From NCBI GenBank assembly GCA_951406725.2, contig OX597842.1, forward strand, positions 6,572,001 to 6,636,000: a stretch of DNA of 64,000 nucleotides, in the 5' to 3' direction. Numbering within the stretch: position 1 is the first letter of the stretch; every line of letters begins with the position of its first letter. The notes beneath the pieces are model-generated. The model saw only the letters and a program-made list of their open reading frames with translations. It searched no databases and was not told the origin of the DNA. Below are positions 51,923-64,000 of this stretch, in pieces. Source of the stretch: Octopus vulgaris (lineage: Eukaryota). The position numbers were made by a program, and so were the translations under genes.

Positions 51923-53452
51923 GTAACAACTTTGTTCTACCATAATTATCGTGATGTGAAGGGCAGTTTTAACCATGAGCTTGGGTCAAAGGAGAGCTAT
52001 GCCTTCACCTTACATCCATTAAAAAACAGTAGTTCTGTATTTCGGTTATCCATACATTTCAAACAAGATGAAATCAAATGGTTAAAAGAAAAGGCGGACA
52101 TGCTGAGAAATGATTTGGAAATGGCAAAAAGGAGTATAATTGCTAAACAGTTGAAGCATTATTCGATGCCTACCTTAAAGTTCCTTCACGAAATTGAACT
52201 TTTGAATCAGAAACCTCAATGGGGAACACACCTCAGATTTTGGTATGGTGCCAACGATGATTCAGCTAACTGGGAGTATATAGAGAAGAATTCGATTTAC
52301 TCTAAAGAGAACACGTATGGGTCTGCTAAGCAAAATCTGAATCTGAAAAAGAAGAACCAAATCCTACAGACTGCTGCTAGAACTCTCTTCAATCGCTATT
52401 TGGAAGGGACTGATGATATCAAGTTAAAGAATATTCTGTGAGCTTACCGTTATATGTCACCTGTGCAAGGGGTACAACATCTGCTACATGTTTACTTATT
52501 GCAACCAAAGTCTAAAAGTAGCCATTACAATGCCACATTTATCACTTCACAGCATCTGTTGCCATTGATGTTTACTGAAGAAGAGGAGATGTTTCAGGAA
52601 GGTTTCCAAATCAGATCCAGACACAATAATGTGAATGGTAGCAATGAGCTAAAACAGATCAATTTGATCATACCAATTAGTAAAAAAGTGAACGAATTTG
52701 CACGATTTACTAAGACACTGGAGAAGATCTTTAAAGAAGCACTTGAGAATCTCAACGTGATTCTTGTCGTGTACAAAGACCCAAACAGGTCCTACCTCAA
52801 AAACATAGACAAGATGAAACGCTTGGAGTCTCAGTATGCTTCCATGAAACTAGAAGTGACATTTTTGTCTGGAAAATTTTCTCGTGCAGTGGCGCTGCAG
52901 CATGGCGTGAAGAACTGCAGGAATGACTCCCTGCTTCTTTTCCTTGATGTTGATATGGTCATAACAGAAGCGTTTCTACATCGAGTACGAATTAACACAA
53001 TATATGGCCAGCAAGTGTATTTTCCTATCGTCTTCAATGGATTTAATCCTGAAACAATTTGTTACAAACCAAATTGCAAGAAAAATCCCTTCCTATTTGA
53101 CCAGAACAATGGCTTTTGGCTATTCTTTGGTTTTGGTGTGGTTTCCATATACAAAAAAGACTTTCTGGACGTAGGTGGCTTTGACACAAAAATCATAACA
53201 TGGGGAGGTGAAGATGTAGGTTTCTATGACAGGTGCCTAATATCCAACCTGACAGTATTCCAAGCCCCTGATTTGGCAGCGGAACATGTTTACCACCAGA
53301 GACAATGCCTAGACAATTTAGATGCAAAACACTACCAGATGTGTATAGGTTCTAAAAATGCAGCATATGGATCCCTGCACAATGAAGCTGCAGCTGTCTA
53401 CAGATTCTCAGAAATACTAAATCAAGAGCCAAATGATAATAACAAGACATAA
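51923..53452 (+). pseudogene. Duplicated CHSY exon 4 with premature stop (TGA 52439-52441)
   Basis: About 98.6% identical to 45348-46877; intact acceptor; CGA>TGA; retains TAA at 53450-53452. Confidence 0.88.
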
Positions 53453-53979
53453 TTTGGTGTTTCTTAGTAAAATTTAAAAGAGAATGCATTCATGTGTGCC
53501 AATATGATGCATATTAACGAAGGTGAATTAACACATTTAAGTGTATTCAGTGTTAAGATGATAGCATTAACTCCTGATTTCTTTTTTTATTGCTGGATTC
53601 CAACCCAGGCTGCAGTAAGAAATTCCACCCACTGCACTTTTCAGTCCATCTTTGAGGTCTTGGGTTGTCGATGTAAGTGTGACAATGTGTTCCTACTCTT
53701 ACATCACCACAAGACTAATTTAGAAGCTTCATGTTCAGGGTGGGGCATGCAACGACCAGATAAGTCAGAGCCATCTTTGCCTGATCTCACTAACTTTCGG
53801 TAGGCCTTCATAAAGGCATCCATATATATTATACAAAAAATTCCATGTAAACCCGAAGTTTCTACCATTAAAAACAAGGAGTTACAACCTCTCTACTTGT
53901 GTGATTTTTTGCTACCCTGGTAACTATTTATCTATTTTTCCCATGTTAATTCTTAACAAGGGAAAAATACATACATCTA

Positions 53980-54146
53980 TTTATATATATATATATATAT
54001 CTACATAACTCACACATGTATATATATATATATATATATACACATAACTCACACATGTATATATATATATATATACATAACTCACACATGTATATATATA
54101 TATATATATACATAACTCACACATATATATATATATATACATAACT

Positions 54147-54181
<35 letters not shown>

Positions 54182-54324
54182 AACTCACACATGTATATAT
54201 ATATATATATATACATAACTCACACATGTATATATATATATATATATACATAACTCACACATGTATATATATATATATATAACTCACACATGTATATATA
54301 TATATATATATATATAACTCACAC

Positions 54325-54393
<69 letters not shown>

Positions 54394-54574
54394 ACTCACA
54401 CATGTATATATATATATATATATACATAACTCACACACACATATATATATATATATATATACATAACTCACACATGTATATATATATATATATACATAAC
54501 TCACACATGTATATATATATATATATACATAACTCACACATGTATATATATATATATATATACATAACTCACAC

Positions 54575-54615
<41 letters not shown>

Positions 54616-54623
54616 ACTCACAC

Positions 54624-54665
<42 letters not shown>
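53980..54665. repeat. Minisatellite (CATAACTCACACATG + variable (TA)n), about 17 units
   Basis: Direct observation. Confidence 0.92.
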
Positions 54666-54667
<2 letters not shown>

Positions 54668-55591
54668 AGATTCAAATTCCTTCCTGAGCTATAGTCTCAA
54701 AAAGTCAGTTTCCTAGATTCTGTGCCAAATATATTTCTTTCCCTGGATGGGATGCCAGTTTGTCCAGGATTACTCATTTTTGTTTGCTGAGTGGACTGGA
54801 GCAGCATGAAATGAAATGTTTTGCTCAAGACTACAAAACATTGCCCAATCCAGAAATCGAAACCGCAATATAACAACCATAGGTGCAACAACATAACCAC
54901 TGAGCCATGAACCTCCACAAACACACACACACACTCCAACAGATTCCATGGCTATCATATATAGTGGTGAGTTTCTCATTTGGTTTTTATGATAAGGTTT
55001 ATAAGAGCGCAAGTTTAAGTTTGGGAAACATCTAAGAAATCAACTTTGGACAGATGAGAGAACTCTACACCAAATGCAAATGGATCAAAGAGATGAAAGC
55101 CATGTATTGCTGAAAGATCAAACATTCTTTTTAAAGCCAAGAATTCCACCAGATCTGAAACTTTCAGAAATGCAAGCACATGGACAAATCTATTTTGTTG
55201 AACTAGAGGATAGCAACCATACCAGATTGAGCAGCTGTCTCACAGACATTAGTCCCTTCCTCATTGAATTATTCTAGACCAGCTTGATTAATTATGGCTT
55301 CTATAGACAAAGGGAGCACAACTCTTGGTTTTGTTTCCTTTCTTTTTACTGTTTTTATTCACTTTTGGTCTTCTTGTTCCACTTTTTGTATCAATCTTCT
55401 GAGTTTTTTTCCTCATGTTTTCTCAAAGACCAGTATCCTGGTTTCTAAATAGAAGTAACCATAAGCACTGAGTTTGGAGGTACAATTCTCATTATATAAA
55501 TCTGCCGATCTATAGTGCTTTCATGGCATGAAACTATCAGTAGCTCTTATTTAACTGGTGTGTATCTTAAGGCGTGACTGTGTGATTAGAA

Positions 55592-55996
55592 GCTTGGTTC
55601 CGGGTTCAGTCCCACTGCATGGCATCTTATGCACGTGTCTTCTACTATAGCCTCGGCTGACCAAAGCCTTGTGAGTGGTTTTGGTAGATGGAAACTAAAA
55701 GAAGCCAGTCGTATATACATACATACACACACACACATATATACACACACATATATATATATCATATATATATATATGTGTGTAGGTTTATGTGTCTGTA
55801 TTTGTCCCCCCATCATTATTTGACAACTGATGCTGGTGTGTTTACATCCCCGTAAATTAGCAGTTCAGCAAGAGACCAATAGAATAAGTACTAGGCTTAC
55901 AAACAATAAGACCTGGGGTTGATTTGTTTGACTAAATGCAGTTGTCCAGCATGGCCGCAGTCACATGACTGAAACAAGTAAAAGAATAAAAGGAAT
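55592..55996 (+). mobile_element. SINE family A
   Basis: Family consensus match with a degenerate head. Confidence 0.82.
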
Positions 55997-56035
55997 AAAA
56001 AAAACAAAATATATATATTATATATGTATGTATAT

Positions 56036-56071
<36 letters not shown>

Positions 56072-56366
56072 CAATAATATTTTTATAAACAAATCCGAAA
56101 GGCTTTGCGAGTTAAGGAGAGAAAGCTACTATGGAAGGCTCATAACTGTACAATAACTGTATATAATATATATCATAATGATATTTAATCTCCGATTATA
56201 TCTATTTATTCCAGATTATATTTGTTAAGATATTTTGTGTCTGTATTTTATGATATATTATTGTATTTTGTTCCATTTTTATTGTAAATTTACATATATA
56301 TATATATATATATATATTACAAGATTATATAGTATATTTAATTAATTATTTTATTGTTTTTATCTT

Positions 56367-56449
56367 GGACCTGAAGAGTGACTATATTTAAATTGAATTG
56401 ATTTTACTGTTATCAGTTTGAAAATATAGCCATGAAACACGTGTAGTCT
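56367..56449 (+). ncRNA. Minimal type I hammerhead ribozyme
   Basis: GGAC-CUGAAGA(56371)-GUGACUAUAUUU..AAAUAUAGCCAU-GAAA(56434)-CACGUG-UA-GUCU; GUA ends at 56445. Confidence 0.8.
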
Positions 56450-57283
56450 TTTTACCAATTATATACTTTTTATTTATTATTTTGTACTTTACTTACTTAT
56501 TGGTGTATGTTTTATCGTACATATTTTATTTAATTTTTTCCTATATGGTATAATTTAATTATATCATTGTTATTTCATTGTCTGAATTGATAAAAGGTGG
56601 TTCTTCTCTAATTTATATATATATCTTGTAGTGCGACAGTGCTAAAGGAGATGGTGACAAAAGAATGTCTTCTTTTAAACACCGCACGGTCACCTGCAAA
56701 AGAAGCCAAAATATGTGCCAAAAGGAATAAGGAAGATAACGCAACCAATATGTATAAGAGAAAGGATTTTATTTAGATATTAACATGTGGGTAGCAGAGC
56801 GTGCGTGTGTTCGTGAGTGTGACAGTGTGTCTGTGTGTTCATGAGAGTGTGTCTGTGTGTGCATGTCATAAGTATGTACATAGTAATACAGAGCATACAA
56901 AGAGTCTATAACAGGATCGCTAGATGAATGTTCAGACACAAATGGAGATAATTACCAGAGGTTCTGTAACAGAGAAGTCGAGGCTACAAAGTGGAGAGCT
57001 GGTTACTATGCGTGTAGAGGTTGTGGCTTCTATCCTATGCTGGGTTACTTGGTATAGAAGATCTCGCAGGTAGACTGAGCTGTTAACCTTGGTGAGTATT
57101 CACAAACAGTGTGAAGTTAAACCTGGGTGATGTTGATGTGTACATATTGTTGAAGTCGACGGTGGAGAAAGGTCCTGAAATGCTGCCGTGGTGTTGGTGC
57201 CATTGCTGTCTGTCGCTGGAACATGGATGAGTTGCTCGAACTGGCTGGCTGTCGCTGGATGCTCAGTGGTCAATGGTCCAGGA

Positions 57284-57484
57284 CAGTGGTTTTCAACCAG
57301 AGTTCCGCCAGTACAGTCCAGGGGTTCCGCAAGAAGTTACAAAACTGCTAAAATCGGCAGTAATTTTTAATTCTCCTGTGCAGATATGTGTGCATAGGAC
57401 TATTAAATTATTGCACAGGGGTTCCTCGAGCCAGTGGAATGTTTCCTTGGGGTTCCACTCCAGCAAAAAGTTTGAAAAGCACTG
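57284..57484. mobile_element. hAT/Charlie-like MITE
   Basis: CAGTGGTTTTCAA ... TTGAAAAGCACTG TIRs; imperfect 8-bp TSD GTCCAGGA/CTCTAGGA. Confidence 0.75.
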
Positions 57485-57770
57485 CTCTAGGACCACAGAC
57501 CAATAATGGTTTGTTGATCTAGCCTTTTAAAGAGATTAGTGGGCTCCAGAGTAAACCTAGAAAACTGTGTCACAGGACCTTATCAGAAGTTGCGATTAGT
57601 TGGTTTACACATTGGCGCGAAATAAAGCAAAGAGTCAAAACTGGACCAAAACCAACCAATCAGAGCAGTGGACACAAATGGGTCTAAGCAGCCGAAGGAT
57701 GGCTGTTATCTGCCACATCCTTATTTGTATGATATCTCCCAAACAGGGATAATGTATTTCACTAAGCGCT

Positions 57771-57809
<39 letters not shown>

Positions 57810-57841
57810 TTTATTTTAAGCAGCAGAAAATTCAACAAAAT

Positions 57842-57879
57842 CTGTTACTCTGAGTTTCTCGTTGCCGTTCATCAGACAG
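57842..57879 (-). ncRNA. Very compact hammerhead ribozyme motif
   Basis: Minus: CUGU-CUGAUGA-ACG-GCAA-CGA-GAAA-CUCAGAG-UA-ACAG; a decayed second copy lies at ~58005-58055. Confidence 0.7.
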
Positions 57880-58589
57880 TTTATATATATATATATAAAT
57901 ATATATATAATTTGTATGTATATATATATATACACACACATATATATATGTATGCATATATATAAATCTATGTATATATATATGTGTGTGTGTGTATTAT
58001 TTAAAAGCAGCAGAAATACAACAAAAGCTGTTACTCAGAGTTTTATGTTCCTGTTGAATCTTGAGCTAGTTTTCAATGACACTGCTGGATTTGTATCTTG
58101 TAATTCATGGTTTATTTCGCATCGCAAACTTATTGTATATATTTGGACATATTTCTTAAGAAAACCTTCGACTGTTATATGCATTTTCATGTTTAAAATT
58201 CTATTTTTATTTTTTTATCATTAAAAATTATTTTTACTTACATTTCATTTTATTGTATTTTACAAACCCATTTAATCATTAAATTTATAGATAATTCGAT
58301 ATATGGTGTTCTATTTTGCAAGTCTTTTATCTGATTTTTATTATTATACACTCAGCAATTTTTCAAAAAAGTTGTTTGCATATATATATACGTCAGGACC
58401 TAGAAATGTTTTTATGCGGATGTCTGTATTGTAGGTATGCATATATATTTGCATATACATACATGGATGTATATGTATGCATGTATATACTTATATTTGT
58501 GTGGATGTGTATTTATGTGCATATTTCCATATTTTTATATACATGATCTTATATGTGTATTTATGCTAATATACACTTTTGTATACACA

Positions 58590-60600
58590 TATTTTATCCT
58601 TAAGTTCCCAAATGTATGCATTTAGCCCTGTTGAGTTAGCCTTATTCCTATTTCTGAAGCTGGATAGATGCATATTATATCTGAGAATCATTTGGTCCTT
58701 AGTGGTTCCTATGTATGATTTTATTTGGTTGTCAGTGCGTCACATTGATAAACTACATTGTCTTACATCAATTTGAGAATTGGCACTTTGTTCTATCCCT
58801 ACAGCCGCATAAATAATTAGGTGTATCTACATCCGTGTTGTATTATGTAATTTTATTTTGTGTACGTTTGTTACACATATTCCGCCACCTGTCTTTCTTT
58901 CTTTCTTTCCTTATGAGAAGTATCCTTTCTCTCCTTATTTGTTACTTTGATAGCATCTTTTAACAATGCGTTCCTTTTCTCCCCCCTTACTTACCTCTTT
59001 CCTTCGCTAGCTGTTACGTTTAGGATCCTTCCTTTTCCTTTTCTCCTCCCTACGTTTAAGATGTACTTCCCATCTATCTTGTCTGTTATAACTTCTATAT
59101 GTATACACCAAGAGATTTTCATATGCCAGCATGGTTGCGTGCATATACGTACATGTGTATGTGTATTTGTGCATATATTTATGTCTTACATATATATATG
59201 TAGTCTGTGTGCATGCATCTGAGTATTTTATATATTATAGATGGTCTAGTATGGGTAATAGCCTCAATAAATAATAAAAAACTTGACAAATTCTATGAAA
59301 CTAGAAAAATAATGAACAATAAAAGTAATAACCAACCAACTAATAGGACCAAGCCCCCCCTCCCCCCAATGCAATGCCTCCTGCCTACTTAGGTACAGAC
59401 CTGAATAATAATTGACCCCCATAATACAACACGGATGTAGATACACCTAATTACTTATGCAGCTGTAGGGATAGAACAAAATGCCAATTCTCAAATAGAT
59501 GTAAGACAATGTAGTTTATCAATGTGATGCACTGACAACCAAATAAAATCATACATAGGAACCACTAAGGACCAAATGATTCTCAGATATAATATGCATC
59601 TATCCAGCTTCAGAAATAGGAATAAGGCTAACTCAACAGGGCTAAATGCATACATTTGGGAACTTAAGGATAAAATAGCTTGAACTGGCATATACTCACA
59701 AAAACAACTTCCTACAACACCTCAAGTAGACACTGCGATCTCTGCCTATCAGAAAGCTTAGCTATTCTTACGACTAAACAAAATCTTCTCAACAAGAAAT
59801 TTGAGAGCAACATTTTTTGTCTCCACATGGGCCAATATGTATTTTAGAAATACTGGTAGAATAGCCTCTCTTGTCTTCATGCAGCCCTCTCTGCCTTCAT
59901 AATCCCAAACTAGAATACTCATCTATATAAGTTTAATTAACACATGAAATACATGAATAGTCACCCTGCATACCCACCCGCCCCAAACATTCCAGAATAA
60001 TACACCTTGTGAATACATAGGGCCCTGCCTAGCATTAAGAAATTCCTAAACTCTAGCAATAAGACAATTATTAGACGTAACACATTTTCAAACCACCCAA
60101 TATTTGGTAAAAGTTAGCTCCTTTCTCACCCTGCTAGAGTTAATCCCCTTCACTTACACCGCTGGTGTCAAAATCTGTAATACAAGATGAACATGTGAGA
60201 AAAAATGTACTTAATTAAACTAAAAAACCTGCACCTAAATAATACTCCCTAATTACCCAAAAAAACTAACCAATCTCCCACAAACAAACCTCTACCCATC
60301 GAATTCACCAGAACAAGAACAAAATTTAATGTAAGAATTACCACCTTGTTTACATTACCATCATCATCATCATCATCATCACATATGAATAAATTATTTT
60401 CGCATCCTAACCGGTGCATCTATCAATACTCGCATTCTGAAGAGTAAACCAAAACGATCATAAATGCCACCCTCATTTCTGCTTCTTATTTCTTTGTTAC
60501 CTATTTAATCAAAGACATACCAGTGTAAACCATGACTTTCCCATTGTTATTATATCCATTTTCTTGCAATTAAAAACATTTATGTATTAAGAATCTGGGT
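58590..60600 (+). mobile_element. Decayed Penelope-like element(s) with inverted duplication
   Basis: Frameshifted YIWELKDK..WHILT..SYN..RHCDLCLSE (Penelope GIY-YIG C-terminus); 58590-58847 is inverted at 59420-59677. Confidence 0.6.
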
Positions 60601-60675
60601 ACTTTACCAACAGTATATTGGATAAATACTATCCCTTAGTGGGTTACACCCATAACCCCTAACTTACTTTGTGTT

Positions 60676-61235
<560 letters not shown>

Positions 61236-61264
61236 CACCACTCGTGTTCGACATCTCCTTTTTT

Positions 61265-61321
<57 letters not shown>

Positions 61322-61339
61322 TTTAGCGTCCGATCAATA

Positions 61340-62664
61340 TCTATAAATCTGAAATGCTAAAAGTTTGTTTGTCTGGTTTTGGTATTGGAATGGGTTAAAG
61401 GGCACTAGATCCCGTCGGAATGACTCCAAAATTTACAGGGACATGTAAAATGAGGTGAGGATGTAAGTGGGCTAGCTTAGAAATCCCTATCTTAAAAGGC
61501 GTGGTTACTAGGGCAAAAAACGTACACTTTGACAAGTCTGCTCCAATTCTCTCATCTGCCTGTCTTCTTCCATCTCTCTCTGTTTCCTCCCTTCCCATCA
61601 CTTTCTCTCTATAACGTTGCTTGACAGCGTCTACTATCTTTCCTCCACTGCTTTTGCCAGCGCTGTCACTCTCTCACTCTCTCTACGTGTCTGCATTCAT
61701 AAAGAGAATTATCATCGCCACCATCACCATACAATCATGAGAATAAATATTACGAATCAGATATTTATTGGGTTAATTTATATATGTGTGTTCTATATAT
61801 AAATATGTATATATAATGTATATATACAAAGTGTATATATCTGTATTTATATATATATATATAATTTGTATACATTTGTATATATAATGCGTACACACAC
61901 ACATATATATATAATGCGTATATATGTACATATGTATATATATATATATGTATGTGTGTGTGCATTATGTGGTCGGTTGAGCTGAAAATATGCACACCTA
62001 TGTTAAAAGTGCTGGCGAGTTTGCATGGCAACTATTTTTTTCCTGAAATGAAAGGCGTGACGACCTTTAGGACAAAATTCCCAAGTAGACCGAATGAAAT
62101 CGGTTATATTAACCAAAATGTGAAAAGGGGTCTAAATGGGGCTGGAAGGGGATTAAAATTTACAGGAGTGGGTGTTTAGGAATTTTCTTTTACATCAAGT
62201 TCAAAATTTTATGCCAGTCGTTAAACTGCCACTACGTTGCTGTCCGTCATTAAGAAATGCCAGCCATGGTGACTCTACTATCCTCAGATTCTATCCCTTC
62301 AAACTTTGGTTTCTAATATTTTTTAAATTTTTATTCAGCTTGCAAGTTCATGTGTCCCTTTTAAATGTTAGTGCTTTGCTGTCTGCCTTGAAGCAGACCT
62401 TTCCGTTGTCGCTGCCTGATATTTATGATTGATCTTTCTAAATATTTTCTTTCTCAACTTACTCAAGATCTTTTGTTGTTTATAAATGGGAGCGAGATAA
62501 AGATAGAGAGTAAAAGAAAGCGAGGGAGAGAAATGAAGAGTAAGAGAGTGGGAAAGTGAGAGAGAAACAAAGAGGGAGAATGTGGTGATAACAAACAGAA
62601 AGGAAGCAACAGAAAGTAACAACCACACTCTTACCCGTGCGTAGAGCGGGTCACCTTAAGCTAG
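61340..62664 (+). mobile_element. non-autonomous Helitron, followed by the head of a second tandem copy (62675-62770)
   Basis: TCTATAA start; 3' hairpin CCCGTGCGTAGAGCGGG followed by CTAG-T; the 5' sequence is repeated immediately downstream. Confidence 0.72.
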
Positions 62665-62786
62665 TATATATATTATAATTCTGAAATGCGAAAAGTTTGT
62701 CTGGTTTTGGCATTGGAATGGGTTAAAGGCCACTAGATCCCGTCGGATTGACTCCAAAATTTACAGGGACAAATATACAGGGCTTT

Positions 62787-63326
62787 TGTTATATTTCGGA
62801 ATGGTCATTTTGCCAGTTTAGCCAATATATATGCACTATATATTTGGTGTTATTTTGCTTCAGTGTTATTTTTTACATTAATCTTAATCTTATTTCGACC
62901 AGAGTTCTTTCGTCACACTCCTGTGACCGCATCAGTGGTCCTTTGTTTTCTTCTTTCTTATTTGTGTCTCTCCTTACTAACCGTCAGCCATTTTGTATTT
63001 CTATTGTATGTGTCTTCATTTGCTCATGCGTATATCTCTATGTGCATCTATGTTTATTTAGTGTGTGTATGTGAGGGGATGCCTGTAATATTTGTATCTT
63101 CTGTTTATATATGTTCATGTAATTTGTTTTTGTTGTTGTTTTTGTTTATTCTTATTTTGTTCATGTGTTTACATCCACTTATTATTATTATCATTACATA
63201 TGCTTGTATGTATGTATGTATAACAACAATACTATTGGCTAAACTGGCAAAATGACCATTCCGAAATATAACAATATCTGTTTCAACACACGACTTCACA
63301 TAAAAAATCTTGCACAACAAATATAT
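62787..63326. mobile_element. Penelope pLTR fragment with inversion
   Basis: 62787-63220 is the reverse complement of ~8040-8480 and 63233-63326 is a direct copy of ~8439-8533; flanked by AAATATACAGGGCTTT direct repeats. Confidence 0.8.
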
Positions 63327-63374
63327 AAATATACAGGGCTTTATTTACCACAAACTAAATTTTGGAACTGATAG

Positions 63375-63998
<624 letters not shown>

Positions 63999-64000
63999 GT

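Larger units (their letters stand above)
46881..53460 (+). repeat. Tandem segmental duplication, unit 2
   Basis: Repeats the LINE, palindrome, intron and exon 4; has an extra SINE (48388-48782) and about 1.6 kb (49255-50870) absent from unit 1. Confidence 0.92.

Noticed and set aside
53980-54665. CRISPR-like repeat/spacer pattern
   Set aside because: The spacers are only (TA)n

Overview
AT-rich, repeat-dense eukaryotic DNA, very probably a coleoid cephalopod (Octopus). This is inferred from the dominant tRNA/CORE-type SINE family, (TA)n microsatellites and a cephalopod-style C2H2 zinc-finger array. The main gene is a 4-exon chondroitin sulfate synthase (CHSY1-like, GT31+GT7, about 776 aa, + strand, 27698-46907). 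Its last exon plus part of intron 3 is tandemly duplicated via a GGTGT microhomology. The upstream copy lost its stop codon and gained a 10-aa tail from intron sequence, the downstream copy carries a CGA>TGA nonsense change, and the two differ almost only at non-synonymous sites. A C2H2-ZNF gene enters from the right edge on the - strand. The rest is decayed mobile DNA: several Penelope-like elements (PLEs), Gypsy, RTE and L1/Tx1 fragments, mariner, piggyBac, hAT and Helitron derivatives, and a SINE-derived 184-bp tandem array. The most notable hidden signal is a set of at least five recognisable (plus two decayed) minimal type I hammerhead ribozymes in PLE repeats and non-coding (TA)n-flanked inserts, two of them on the sense strand of CHSY intron 1. 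Large fold-back palindromes also occur. All alignments and folds were done by eye and repeat boundaries are approximate.
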